Assembly: GCA_030704615.1 (NCBI GenBank)
Contig: CM060734.1
Location: forward strand, 15,624,431-15,688,000
DNA from: Takakia lepidozioides
Lineage: Eukaryota > Plantae > Bryophyta
DNA length: 63,570 nucleotides
Direction: 5' to 3'
Position numbers and translations under genes: made by a program. Position 1 is the first letter of the stretch. Each line of letters opens with the position of its first letter. The notes under the pieces were generated by a model. It worked only from the letters and a program-made list of their open reading frames with translations, was not told where the DNA came from and ran no database searches. Below are positions 1 to 12,642 of the stretch, one piece after another.

Positions 1-169
1 CGATTGTTGAGGGACGTCCGCCGTCCGAAAATCAAACATCATTATCCACGGTCAGGCCGCGCCGCCTCATGCCCCTTCAGTCAGATAGAGTGCCGACATG
101 TGGCAGCAATTCCGTTGCTCCACGTGTTCACATTTCAGGGCATTTCCGTCCCAGCGTCTGATGAGTTGG

Positions 170-2050
170 AGCTCAGAATGCGAATGCGGCGCCGCATTTC
201 CGTTAAGTACGATCACTCTGCTACACATCCTTCTTGTTTTGAAGAAAAATGCGGCAACCGCATTTTCCGTTCCATCCACCTTCACATACCGTATTTGTTG
301 AAAAAATACGGTGCCGCATTTCCGTCCCACAGCTCATCAGTATGAATTCAGAAGGGAAATGCGGCGCTCACATTTCCGTTCCCACTTCATAATACGTTAG
401 TTGATGAATGGAAATGCCTGCACATTTCCGTTCGGGAAAGTATAGGGTCTCACGCTGGACAGAATGCGGGTGTCCATTCCGTTCTGGAAAGGTTAAAGGT
501 CTCACATGGATGGAAATGCGGCAACACTTTCTCGTAGCACAGCTCCAGGCCGAATACAAAACTGAAATGCGGCGCCGCATTTCCGTTCGAGAATGTCTTA
601 AGGTGCGACTCGAACGGAAATGCGGTGCCCCGCATTTCTGTACCGCGTGCGGGCATCGTTTTCAGTCAGAATGTACATGCGGTACCGCATTTCCGTTCTG
701 TAGAGTATTAACGTCTTGACGCTGGCCAGGAATGGCCTACCCCCGCATTTTTTCGTTCCACAGCTCCATGCCTCACGATACAAAACAAATGCGGTGCCGC
801 ATTTCCGTTTTGGAATCGGAGGTGGGACTCCGACGGAAATGCGGTACCCTAATGCATTTCAATTCCGATGTTCTGGATATTTCATCAGAACGGAAATGCG
901 GTGCCGGCATTTTCCCTTTTAAATCTAATACATTCCGTCTGGAATGTTGGGGTGGCGACTCGGATGGAAATGCGCTGCCGCATTTCATTCCGATGGTTCA
1001 CGATTTTCAGTCAGAACGGAAATGCGGTGCCGCATTTCCGTTCTGCATGATGGTAGGTGCGACTCGGATGGAAATACGTTGCCGCAATTCAGTTTCCGTG
1101 GTTCACGATTTTCAGTCAGACGGAATGTGGTGCCGCATTTCCGTCTCTGGCCTGATGGTTAGGTGCGACTCGGATGGAAATACGTTGCGCGTCAATTCAG
1201 TTCCGATGGTCACGATTTTCAGTCAGAACGGAATTGCGGGTGGCCGCATTTCCGTTCTGGAATGATGGTAGGTTCGACTCGATATGGAAATACGGTTGGC
1301 CCACGCATTCAGTTCAGATAGTTCGCATTTTCAGTCGAACGGAAATGCGGTGCCGCATTTCCGTTCTGGATAGTGTGAATGTCTCAACCGTCTCGGAATT
1401 TGCGCTGTATGAAGCTTGCGGAATCTTACTCGGGCCCAGGCATCAGATACAAAATGGAAATGCGGCGGCGGCCGCATTTCCTTTATGGAATGTCGAAAAG
1501 TGCGACTTTGACGGAAATGCGGTGCCGCTTTCTGTTCCCGTTGTTCATAATTCTCAATCAGAACGGAAATCGGTACCGCATTTCGCGTTCCACCTTCACA
1601 TACCGTGTTGTTGAATGAAATGCGTACCATACGCATTTCGTTCTCGAGAGTATGATGTCTTTAAGAGGACGGAAATGTGCTGCAGCATTATCTATCCCTC
1701 AGCTCCATGCATCAGATACAAAATGGAAATGCGGCACCCGCATTCCCGTTCCGGGATGTCGAAAAGTGCGACTCGGACGGAAATGCGGTGCCGCTATTTC
1801 TGTTCCCGTTGTTCATAATCTCAATCAGAACGGAAATGCGGTACCGCATTTCCGTTTCCACCTTCACATACCGTGCTTGCTGGATGAAATGCGTTTACCG
1901 CATTTCCGTTCTGGAGAGTATAAAGGTTTCCCCCGACGGAAACTCGGTGCCGCATTTCCGTCGCTCTGTTGCATGACCAAGATGCAATACGGAAATGCGG
2001 CGCCGTATTTCCGTCCACCAGCAATCGACAAATCACTCGTGACGGGAAAT
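170..2050. repeat. Array of ~24-bp palindromes CGGAAATGCGG(TG/CG/TA)CCGCATTTCCG, roughly one per 55-65 bp, upstream of the MULE-like transposase
   Basis: Over 30 degenerate copies (e.g. 564-585, 1017-1040, 1831-1854). The spacers are related to each other (gtgcgactcggat, cacgattttcagtcagaa, catcagatacaaaat), and ~1440-1700 and ~1710-1960 form a higher-order duplication. Confidence 0.93.
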
Positions 2051-2584
2051 CTGAACCTCATGGGTTGCATTGTTCCGAAACAACACAATTGCGGCCAGTC
2101 TTGATGAGCACAACTTGGTTGTCTGACGCGTTTTAAACCAGCAGTCCTGCACTTGTCAGCGCGAACGTTCCTGTCTGCACCGAGAATACTGGCTGGATCC
2201 ACCCTCAGGTAGAAACTGTCAGGAGATGTTATTTCGTCGCCGAATCGGCCATCATTGTCCTACTCACTGGCTATGGAATCAAAACCTCCCACCTTCATGC
2301 ATGTAGCTTGAAACAATACTTTCCACTCAATGTGCGACTTCCAATTGTCGATGGACTCCGCAGATCCCCTTAGATGGTGCACTGTGAGCCTGGTCTGTCG
2401 CTATACTGAACCTCGCACTTGCCAACTCCGTGCGGTGTTCGATGGCTCCGAATTCCTACGCTATAGTTTGCTTCCTCCTCCGCAACTTGGGAGAGCCTGG
2501 AATCCCCAAACGAGGGAGGACTTTGCAGAGTGACTGAAACTTACCTTTGGTTCCAAATTCAAGCTCAAACCGGGCACAGTTTAT

Positions 2585-5500
2585 TTGGAAGAAGAAAGGA
2601 AGGATGTTCCTGGACAGGTTGACGAGACCATTGTCGTGCTAGGTAACGCGGAGGTTTGCGGAATCGAATGGCACGTCCTCGATCCCGACCGTCAGACCCA
2701 TCCTGTACCGAGCTGTGGGAATGCCCATTCCCTTTCCGAATCAGTCGCTGCCCACACCATCCACAAAGGAGTCCGGAAACCGAGAGGCGCCACTGCCAAC
2801 AGAGAGGTATGCAACGATAATCATTCCCGACCTGGACCGTCAAGACCCTCCATAGCTCTCGTGTGGACGTATTCGACATTTTCGACGAGGAAGATGATTG
2901 CATTGAGGTACCCATGTCCTCCACACGGTCGTGTCAATCCGGCATGGACGTCTTTAGGTGCTACGCATGTGCCCTCGAGCATAACTCCAACCCGGTCCAT
3001 TGTGCAGCTCCTACGACAACATCACCTCGATGGTTCTCGCTCCGAGCTGGCTGCTCTCTCGACTATGCCAAATTCCCAGTCAGAATGTAACTTTCTGCCT
3101 CCCGAAGTCGATGGCAATGTCATCTTCGAGTTTCCACCTCTTCTTCCTTTCGTCAAAGAAAGCCTCGGGGATGTTAACAGACATGGATCGAAAGCATGAC
3201 GGACACCCCTGGTGTGTGACGAAGACCAGTAGCACGAAAATGCTGATGGTGTTCGTGTACGATATGTCCTCTGTGCGGGGAAGCTGAGGTGCCTCAATCC
3301 CACCTGCTTCCACTTTCTCTCCAAAGGAGGGCGGAGAAACGAGACGGATTGGACTGGCACAACGCATCATCCATTCATTGTCTCCAGCCAAGCTCCTGCG
3401 GGTTCTTTCAAGTGTGCACATTGCAAAGAACCACCGACGTGCATGTCCATGTGCAGAGCCAAGCAATATTACGTTATCCATTTGCTCCCGGACTTGACTA
3501 GAGCTTGCATACACGTGGGGTCCACTGCCACCCCTTGGCGAGAGGCAACATGCGTGAGGCTGTGCAGGAAGCACAGGACATCATAAAAGAGGAGGTGAAA
3601 TTGAGCCCCGGAGCCAGACCAAAGCAGATTCAGCTGAAGGCAGCCCACAAGATTGCTCTTGGCAAAATCATGTCTGAAGATGGTTCCGACCGAGAGAGCC
3701 CTTGACCGAAGACGAGATGCGTGACCTCTTGGAGGTCCGTCTCGCACGTTTGTAGTCCGAATGTGCGGAATCACATCGTATCTTGCAAGCAGGAGTTCGG
3801 CAGGGGTCGGACATGTACTCAATCCTGGAGGTGAAACGAATGACTGGATATGACTACATCCAAGGTAGCAGGTTTCCAGGGCAAGGCAAGCGAATCCGAT
3901 CGTGTGTTACATTTTCAAAATGTCGACGTGTGGGCCTGGGAGTGGAGTCGACTTGGTCACTCGCATGACAACTGGAAACTTGTCGAATGCTTGGGTGATG
4001 TTTGATCACATCAAGCGAATTACAAACCATCAGTGGGTGACTATGGGTGCGCATGTTATGACTATCACTCCAAGAGGCTCATGACGATTGCAATCTGCGA
4101 GATGAAAGGGGAGGACACACAGTCCGAGATGCATCTGTGGGAGGGCATAAACCAGCAGATGGCAAGGGCGGGATTGCCAGAGCCCATTTCAGGGGATTCA
4201 TGGCACAACGCTCAGGCCAACTGGGCAGCGGTGCGGCGTGTGTACGGTGAGGACCCCAATGTTCCAATGGAGGGGAAGAGAGATCCTGTGGATTCCATTG
4301 GATGCAGAGTCTATCCCACTACACTACCAAATTTGTTGCTAGCTCATTCCGGGCTGAACACCGTGTCCTTTGTACGGCGTGGGAAGGATGCACCCACATT
4401 TATGACGCGGCTGAGGTTAAGTTTGCTATCATCGAGGCTTGGTGGAACACGTCAGGTTGCAGTGGAGACAACCAATCTGGGAGCATTGCACAGCTGGTTG
4501 GGGTGGGTGGCATTTTCGGTATCGACGTTCGGACAGTACATGCGGGAGGTAGGCTGCTGTCATTTTCGTTCATTTGTCTTTCTGTTACGGACATTTCGAT
4601 TGGTCCCTCACCGTTGTTTGTGTCCTTTCTAGGAGCGGTGCTTGGATTCCGACACGGACATGCCGAACACGAATATGGCAGAATCGGTCCACTCCTCCTG
4701 GCGAGCGTCTTCTGCCGCACATCTGGTGGACGTAGTGACGGCCACAACAGAGGACATCGACAGAGCAATCATGCAGAAGCCACGTACTACAAGTTCCTGA
4801 GCGGCAAACAATGGGGCTTTGGGCGGACAGGGAGGAATTGTTGGTACGAACAGCTTCGAGGTCCAAGAATCCAGTGAAATGGGCGACAGCATTGCGAGAG
4901 AAGATCAAGGGACGCTCTGCACCGCAGAGGTGAACACCTAGAGGGGGACGTCCGGACTCGCCCTGTCAGGCGGAGGATTGAAGAGGAACCGGGTGCGAAG
5001 AGGATTCCTGGAGATCCGACAGGAACATTCGGACAGCACCTCGAGGTCCCGTCATGTTGCCGCACACAATGTGTCTTCCAGCAGTGGAAGCCCAAGAAAT
5101 TCCAGATCGCCGTCGCCTTCAACCGGGGATTTCGTGCAAGCAACAAATTCCACCGCTCCCTTGCCCCACATTCCGCCCGCTGTTATGCAGTATGGCCAAG
5201 CCATTGTGGAGACGACTGTGTCTGCCTCACAGTGGAGAATTGCTCGCACAAAGCCGTCGTTTCGAGGAAGGTGTTCCGCAATTCGTGTGGATACACGGCA
5301 ACGTTGTTAGAGATGATAAGGAGGAATCCAGATGGGGCTTGTCCTGCTCCTACTTTTACAGGAAGATTTGTCCATGCAAGTTTTGCGGAGGCGACAACCA
5401 CCCAGTTCTGGTTCTGCAGGCACGACATTATGACTTGCGTGTATGGAAAGCCCAAGTACGGCATACAGACAATGCCAGAGGCTCCCCCGGTGTGGCCGGT

Positions 5501-6057
5501 GAACCAGCTGCGATCTGAGTCAGGTTGAGGCCGACGCCCTTACCGCCGCAGGATTTCGGATGGTGCAGCGCACTGACGTGCCCAGACAACCATTTCCGCT
5601 TCCACAGCCTCCACCACCGACCCCTGTGAGAGCAAGAACAATGGGACCACACACTCTAAGCATCCTACACACCGTTGGGGAAACCGAAGAGGCGGCGACC
5701 TCCCTCAAAAGGAACGAGACAAGGATGGGGAATGCACTTCGGGATGAACTGTACAATCCAGAGCTCGACAGAAGTGCCCCCACCAGATTCGGGTGTGTGT
5801 ATCAGATGGCCACGGCGGGCTCAGCTGTTCGCAATGAGGTGTACACCATCACCATTTCAGAATTACCCACCTGCAATTGCACCGACTTCCAGATCATGGC
5901 GAACAAGGGGCATCATACTGCCCTTGCAAAGCATTTGTACTACGTGTACCTAAAGAGACTCCGTTGTAATTCCACAACTCATCACTTCATACATGCACCA
6001 GGGTTGAGCCCCCAGGAGGTTCACACTCTTCTGAATATGGATCCAGGGGACCAGTGA
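2585..6057 (+). pseudogene. Divergent MULE-type DDE transposase with N-terminal GCM/WRKY-like Zn domain and C-terminal SWIM finger (frameshifted; intron 4549-4632)
   Basis: Joining frames gives CAGKLRCLNPTC...CAHC...C...HVGxHCHP (3270-3540); VMFDH (D at 4004); GED; FMA(D)NAQANWAAVRRVYG; CGFH (CxxH, 4287-4298); TNMAESVH (E at 4681); and SWIM-like YTITISELPTCNCTDF...AKHLYYV (5840-5950). GT..AG intron at 4549-4632. Confidence 0.8.
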
Positions 6058-6634
6058 GCTTGGCTTGCGGTCCACATACAATGGTACGCCCATCGGATAG
6101 TAGAACTGTACTGCTGCCAGTACCTCAGACTCTGGCCACACAAGGTCCGACATATGTCTTGCCTACCAGTAACCTGTTTTGATCGAACTAAGATATTACT
6201 ATATCGTTCACTTGTTTCCACGTGCATGTATTTTTGTATGTGGAGGGGTTCATGTTTTTTTGCTTTCCGAAAACTTGCTCTCCTCATTCGACCTCCGACA
6301 AGGAAATGCGGCGCCGAATTTCCAAGTATCGTCGTAGGTACCCCCAGAGGCGGCCTTCGCCAACACCACCCGCTCCGAAATTTCGCACGTGCGAACCCTA
6401 ATGCGCACCCTATTTCCCAGTTCAGTTGCAAACCTTTCCCGCCGAATACCCGAAGAAGACAGAATTGTGAGTACTGCAGACTGTATTGGTGCAGACTCCA
6501 TTGGTTCAATCGCGGCAAAAGGGTCAGCTTCATTCCAATGTTAAGGCATGTAAAACCGCGGAATACTCTATACAGGCCAGTATGCGACGTCCTTGCGGGT
6601 AGTGGTATACTGGATTTCCCGTTGCACGGTCACT

Positions 6635-6900
6635 TATTTCCATGAGCGGATCTATAAAACCATGAGCGGATGTTACTGACGACATATCTTCGCCGCATTA
6701 CATGATCTGGAACGTCCCAAAAAACGGCAAGGTCAAATAAAAAACTATTATTTTAATACTTGTTTAATCTGCCGCTTTTCCAAATTTGGAGGAGTCCGCT
6801 CATGAAATCCGCGTATCTTAGACTTCGGCTCACCGCTCATGCGGCTCATGCGGCTCATGGCTCATGGCTCATGGTTTCTGCTCATGAAATAGTAAACCTC
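6635..6900. repeat. Subterminal GCTCATG / CATGAGCGG repeats and putative element terminus
   Basis: catgagcgga x2 (6641, 6661), tccgctcatg (6795), then a run of gctcatg at 6835-6886 followed by aaatagtaaacctc. Confidence 0.75.
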
Positions 6901-9900
6901 CATAGGAGCGCCGCACTCCTTCATGACACCGGCAACGGCACAGAAGCTAGGGCTCCCGACAAGTGATGTGGGGGGCCTCTATTGAGGTGCGTTCTGCCAA
7001 AAAGAACCACAATGGCGACGAGGTTGCATTTGATGTTCCTCTTCAGCTAGGGAGTTGGGAGGGACGTGAGATGAGAAGTCACCATTGCGAGATCGATGGA
7101 GTGGATCTCATTTTGGGGATGACCTTTTTTAGCAAGTCCGGAGCGGTCATAGATGGCCGCAAGAGAGTAGTCACACTACTGTGTGGGAATGGTGGCAAAG
7201 TTTTACGAGGGTCGGAAACGCCCAACCCAATGGGAGGGCAAATAAACTTGCTGTCAGCAAAGGAGTGGGCCGTGGAGGAACCACACGAGCCCTAATTTTT
7301 GCTTTACGTAAGACAAGTGGAAGGAGAAGGCAATAGGGAGCCGAGCCCAGATTGGATCAAGGGGATCTTGGAGAAATACCAGGATGTGATGCCGGAGGAT
7401 TACCAATGGCTTGCCACCGTGAAGAGGAGTTGACCACAAGATTGAGGTGAGGTACCGGGATCGGAGCCGCCTGCTAAGGTGCCCTACCAATTGAGCCACA
7501 AAGAGTTGGTCGAGTTGAAGGCTCAGCTCAAGGAACTAATGTCAAAGGGGTACATCTGGCTGAGTAAGTCACCTTAAGGAGCCCCGGTGCTATTCGCAGA
7601 CAAGAAAGATGGGACGCTGCGGATGTGTGTCGATTACGGGGCTCTGAATAAGGTGACTATCAGAAACCGGTACCCTTTGCCGAGGATCGATGACCTCTTC
7701 GATCGGTTGGTAGGAGCAAAGTATTTCAGCCGGATTGATTTGCGCTCGGGTTACCATCAAATCCGAGAGGTGGAAGGAGATGAGGAGAAGACCGCATGCA
7801 GGACAAGATATGGTTCGTATGAGTTTTTGGTGATGCCTTTTGGGCTCACCAACGCACCCTCGACCTTTAGTACGCTAATGAACAGCCTTTTCCAGGAGTG
7901 GTTGGATGACTTTGTGATCGTGTACATCGACGACATCTTGGTGCACTCGAAAACAAAGGAAGAGCACCTGGAGCACCTCGAAAGGGTGTTCCAGAAATTG
8001 CGGGAAGGGAAGCTGTATGCCAAAGCTTCAAAGTGCGAATTCGGGGTCACAAAAGTAGAGTTCCTAGGGCATGTGATTACACAGGATGGGATCAAAATGG
8101 ATGACAGAAAGGTGAGGGCGATCTTGGACTGGGAGCCTCCGACTTCGGTCCCGGGAGTGCGATCCTTCCTAGGACTCGCCTCCTATTACCGAAAGTATGT
8201 GAGAAATTTCGCAAAGATCGCGGGGCCGCTGTCGGACCTTCTATGTAAATCCAAGGTATGGATATGGACACCTTTTGTGGCCAAGCTTTTGCCGAGTTGA
8301 AGCATCGGATGGCGGAAGCTCCGGTCCTGAAAATCCCGGAGTTCGACCGTCCATTTGAGATTCAACAGATGCGTCGGACTTCAAAATTGGGGGTGTACTC
8401 ATGCAGGATGGACGTCCAGTGGCTTACAAAAGTAAGAAACTGAATGAAGTGGAGCGACGGTGGCCTACGCACGAGAAAGAAATTAAGGCAGTGGTGCATT
8501 GCCTTGAGCTTTGGCGCCACTATGTTGGTTCCAACCCGATGAAGGTATTCACGGACAATGTCACGGTGAAGTATTTTGCCACGCAGCCTAAGTTGTCCCC
8601 AAAAAAACTTAGGTTGCAAGACACTTTGGCGGTGTTCGACGTGGATATTCAGTACAAACCGGGACGGGACAATGTGGTGGCTAATGCTTTAAGTAGAAAG
8701 CAGCAGCTCATGTTGGTGTACAGGGGCGAGACGGCGCTCCAAAGGAAGATCCGGAAGGCTTACCGGAAGGATGAGATGGCGAAGTCCGTGATGCGGGATT
8801 TGAGGATGGGGGTTAAATCGTAGTTACACTTGCAAAATGGACTGCTCTAGTACAAACAAAAATGTCTCTACGTGTCGAAGGGAGGGATCAGAGATAGTCT
8901 CTTGAGAGAATGCCATGATGGCCCGCTTGCGGGCCACGGCGGAGCAAGCGCACCGCGGCACTCTTGAAGAAAGAGTATTTCTGGCCCAAACTGAAGGAGG
9001 AGGCCGAGGAGTATGTCAAGACATGCACCACATGCCAACAAAATCGGAGCGAGTACAAAAAGCAAGCGGGGCTGTTACAACCCTTGCCGATTCCAGAAGG
9101 GTCTTGGGAAAGTGTCTCGATGGATTTCATGACTGCTATGCCGCTGTCAAAAGGATTCGATGTGATCATGGTGGTGGTGGATAGGTTCAGTAAAATGGGC
9201 CATTTCATCCCCACCAAGGAGACGGCAACGGCGCAGGAGACGGGACGACTTTACTTCGCCCACGTCTTCAAGCATCATGGACTCCCGAAGGATATTGTCT
9301 CGGACCGCGATCCAAAGTTTACAAGTAAATTTTGGAGGGCACTTTGGAAGAAGATGGGGACGAGGCTCAAGATGAGCACCGCCTTTCGACCTACGACGGA
9401 CGGCCAAACAGAAAGAGTGAATTCCATGGCGAAGCAGATCTTGCGGAATTACGTGTCGGTAGACCAATCAGACTGGGTGTAGCACTTGGATGCGGCAGAG
9501 TTCTGTTATAATAACACAAAACACTCTGCAACGGGAGTTTCCCCTTTCGTATTGGTCTATGGAAAAGCACCTCTGGTGCCGACAAGTTGGGCCGCCCGGG
9601 ACGTTGAGGAATCGGCAGCAGCGGCGGTGCTGGAAGAACGCGAGCGTTTGTTGAAGCTCGCAAAGTACAACATTACCAAAGCTAGGAAACGGTATGAATG
9701 GCAGGCAAATCGGAAGCGGAGGGAAGTTAAGTTTGAGGCAGGCACGGAGGTCTGGTTGAACATCAAGAATTTTCGACTACCTCCGGAAGTGAGTCCGAAG
9801 TTTGTACCTCCGTATGCGGGGCCCTCTCGCATCCGGAAGGTTATGAATGAGGATGTGTATGAATTGGAGCTGCCGGCAAATAGCAAGGTGCATCCGGTAT

Positions 9901-10187
9901 TCCACGTCTCCTTTTTGAAGCCTTACTTCAAAGATGAAGCGCGCCCGGATCGGCATCAAGTGTTGCGTCCGCCATCTGTGCTGTTGGATCATGAAAATGA
10001 ACCTGAGTACGAGGTGGAGGCAGTGGTTAAGTCGAGGAGGTTCAAGAATCGAGAAACGGAGTACCTCGTGAAATGGAAGGGCTATCATCTTGTGGAGGCA
10101 TCTTGGGTGCGTGCCTCAGAAATGGGAAACGCATCCGAGGCGTTTACAGCTTTCGAAGGGCGACCTCAAAAGCGGAAGAAGCGTTGA
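6901..10187 (+). pseudogene. gypsy pol (PR-RT-RNaseH-IN-chromodomain) with stops and frameshifts
   Basis: ORF pieces 6963-7295, 7587-8300, 8401-8823, 8964-9482 and 9486-10187 carry the standard motifs in order. Confidence 0.95.
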
Positions 10188-11091
10188 TGGGGACATCAAC
10201 CTTGGAGCGTGGGGGAGGAAATGCATGCTTAGCCCGGCTAAGCTAGCTCAGGAATCCGATTGCAAAAACTTGTATTGTACAAATTTTATTATAAATGAAA
10301 TGGTTTCCAAATGTTGTGCTGCCTATTTTGTTTGGAATGGTGATGCATGGTATGGTTGGCTAGTGTGTAGAATGCATGCTAGCTTACAAAAGTGGGAGAG
10401 GTAAATTGGATTAATCACGTGTTTGCGAAGTGCCAAAATCGGGTGATTCCCATCCAAGGGGCAAGGAAACTTGCGCCTTCTTTGGGAGTTCACATGCTAG
10501 TGCGCACTTGGCGCGTGCGCGTACTATAACTGCGCTACCGATGGGGTTGCCTTGTAGTGCGGGCTAACACGGAAGCTACGTGCTTCCGTTCACGTACTAT
10601 AATCGTGTAGCCTCGGGACAAAGTCGTAGTGCAGCTTTGGCGTGTTCCCGTACCTCAGGCCAGCATTCCAAGGCGGACCCAATTGTAGTGATTGGGGCGC
10701 ACGGTTGGTTCAAGGTTATCTTCCTAGTAAAAAAGGGTTTAAGGTGAACCCTTGCTCAGGGTGATGCCAAAAGTGGCATCATGAGCGGTCGCAAGCAATG
10801 TTATTGCAGTAACGCGATTCGATCCTCGGGGAGGATCGTTCCTTGGCCCTGAAGTGGGCCAAGAAGAGTGCACTGGGAGGAGCTTGAGAGGCTCCACCCT
10901 TGGTCGGGACTTGGAGGAAGTCGGCCGAACTAGCTAGTGGAGAGTAGAGTCAAGTGGGGGTTTGGTTCTTTGCCATGGGACGCCATGGTACGGGAACAAA
11001 CTCCTTGATGTGGGACGCCACAACTTGGATGTTTGTTTCTACAAAATGGACAAGTCGATGAGGACATTGACTCCCTATTGGTAGGGGTGTG

Positions 11092-11815
11092 TGTCGCGGC
11101 CCTTTGCCTTGAAGGCAGAGGGTCGGGACACAAGAGGGGCTGCCCCTGTGGTGGGGGCAGTGGGAACGATAGGTACGTGGGCTGAAGCACCCTTGAGTGC
11201 CCAAGGCACTCAAGGAGGCGGAGGCGCTCACTAGGTGTAGCCCCACACACCGGGTTGGTGTGGGGGTGGTTCCACGAGGGGTGGTGGTAGCTTAGTGGGT
11301 CGTAGTGGGGGTGGCATAGGACTCACCATGGGGCAAAGACCTTGTGGTGGGAGTCGTGGGGAGTCTTGGGACTCATCACGGTCCAATGAGGTCGTGGTGG
11401 GTGGGCCAAGACTACCGCTACTCATCACCGGGAATCGAGGGTCTTCATGGTGGTTCGCCATAAAAGGATGGTGTTATTTGTGGAACCCCTGCGGACAGTC
11501 ACAGAAGTATTTATAGGGAGTAGTAACCCCGAGAACGGTGCAAGCCCGTTGGTGACCAAAAACTAGTGAGTGAGCGAGCGAGCCGGAAAGCGACCAAGGA
11601 GTGGGGAGCTATTCCGGACTGCCATCTACCAAAGGGAATTTCCACTAGGCCCAAATTGGTGGAGGGTTTGTTGGAGGAGCAAAGGGGGACCGTTATGTCC
11701 CGGTGAGCAGCCGAAGCTCCGAGTTGGCCCGATGGCCAGTTGGGGAGTTAGGCGCGCGCATCAAAGCGAGTAACTATGACTTGAAGGGGAGCTTACCAAA
11801 GTGAGGTGCGCGACA
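11092..11815 (+). repeat. 3' LTR of gypsy copy A (724 bp)
   Basis: Starts TGTCGCG and ends CGCGACA. Preceded by a purine-rich tract. Matches the reverse complement of 56640-57377 end to end. Confidence 0.92.
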
Positions 11816-12642
11816 AGGACACATCCTTTTGGTTTTCCTTTTTATTGCTGAAGTTTGGCTTCCAGAGTATTTACGAAGTTTACTCATTACTGTGTGGTTG
11901 CAGGAGACCCATGACGCCACGGTTTCTGCCGTTCTTTGCCAACCCGGATTTTTTCCCAAGTCCTCCAGCACAATTTCATTTGCCATCTTATGCGGAGGCT
12001 GCGGTACGGAGTATAGTTTGTTGGCATCTCCCCCTTCTCTGCTTCACGAAAGACATGGTTTTCAGTAGAGCAGGGCTAGCGTCTTTGTGGACAGTTATGC
12101 CTTCGTTTTGAACAGTGCATCCTGTAGTAGTGGATCTTCTTTGTCCGAATGAATCGATTCTTTTGAAGGTTTGTTTAAAAACCACGAGTTCACCTGTATG
12201 CCTTCTTTATGATTGGATGTGAGTCTCTCTATCAACCTTGTATAACTGGGAAAATGACATGTGGTCCTTCTCGATCAACAAAGCAATGTGGACTCAATGT
12301 TTGCAATATACACTACACCCGGCTAATTGATTTTGAAGCAAGACAAGCATGGTTTCATGGATTTCAGAGCTCAGGGGTTTTGGGAGCTACCACTACAAAA
12401 AGCTATCTATTATTTCATTTATGTACATTCATTATACAGACATTCATCCGACATTCATCCCTCATTCATCCAAGCAGCATCCATATCCGAGCTTGTGATA
12501 TTGGCCACTCTGCGCAGTAATAGGTCTTCTAAGTCGACTAGACGTCCGCGGTTATAGGTAGGCACGTCCTCAAGTGTGAGCAAATTTCTGCTCACGAAAT
12601 TTTCTGCTCACGAGATCTGCTCACACAATACCCCCGCCACTG

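Larger units (their letters stand above)
1..6900 (+). mobile_element. Mutator-like (MULE) DNA transposon, left part outside the window, right terminus ~6900
   Basis: Palindrome array, transposase, and subterminal GCTCATG repeats ending ...gctcatgaaatagtaaacctc, which abut the gypsy protease codons at 6901. Confidence 0.72.
6901..11815 (+). mobile_element. Ty3/gypsy chromovirus LTR retrotransposon (copy A): 3' part from protease to 3' LTR
   Basis: Protease remnant, RT (YIDD), RNase H, integrase (SDRD...DGQTER), GPY-like motif, chromodomain (EYEVEAVV...YLVKWKGY...SW), PPT and LTR. Confidence 0.95.

Noticed and set aside
170-2050. CRISPR array
   Set aside because: The repeats are degenerate, the spacers are homologous to each other, there are no cas genes, and the context is eukaryotic.
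4-2202. Many overlapping ORFs (EMRCRISV / GNAVPHF / RKCGAAFP)
   Set aside because: These are translation artefacts of the palindromic repeat, with the same peptides on both strands. The same applies to ORFs in 32661-33457.
10222-11815. A 1.6-kb 3' LTR starting after the first PPT
   Set aside because: Homology to the copy C LTR and the TGTCGCG/CGCGACA termini limit the LTR to 11092-11815.
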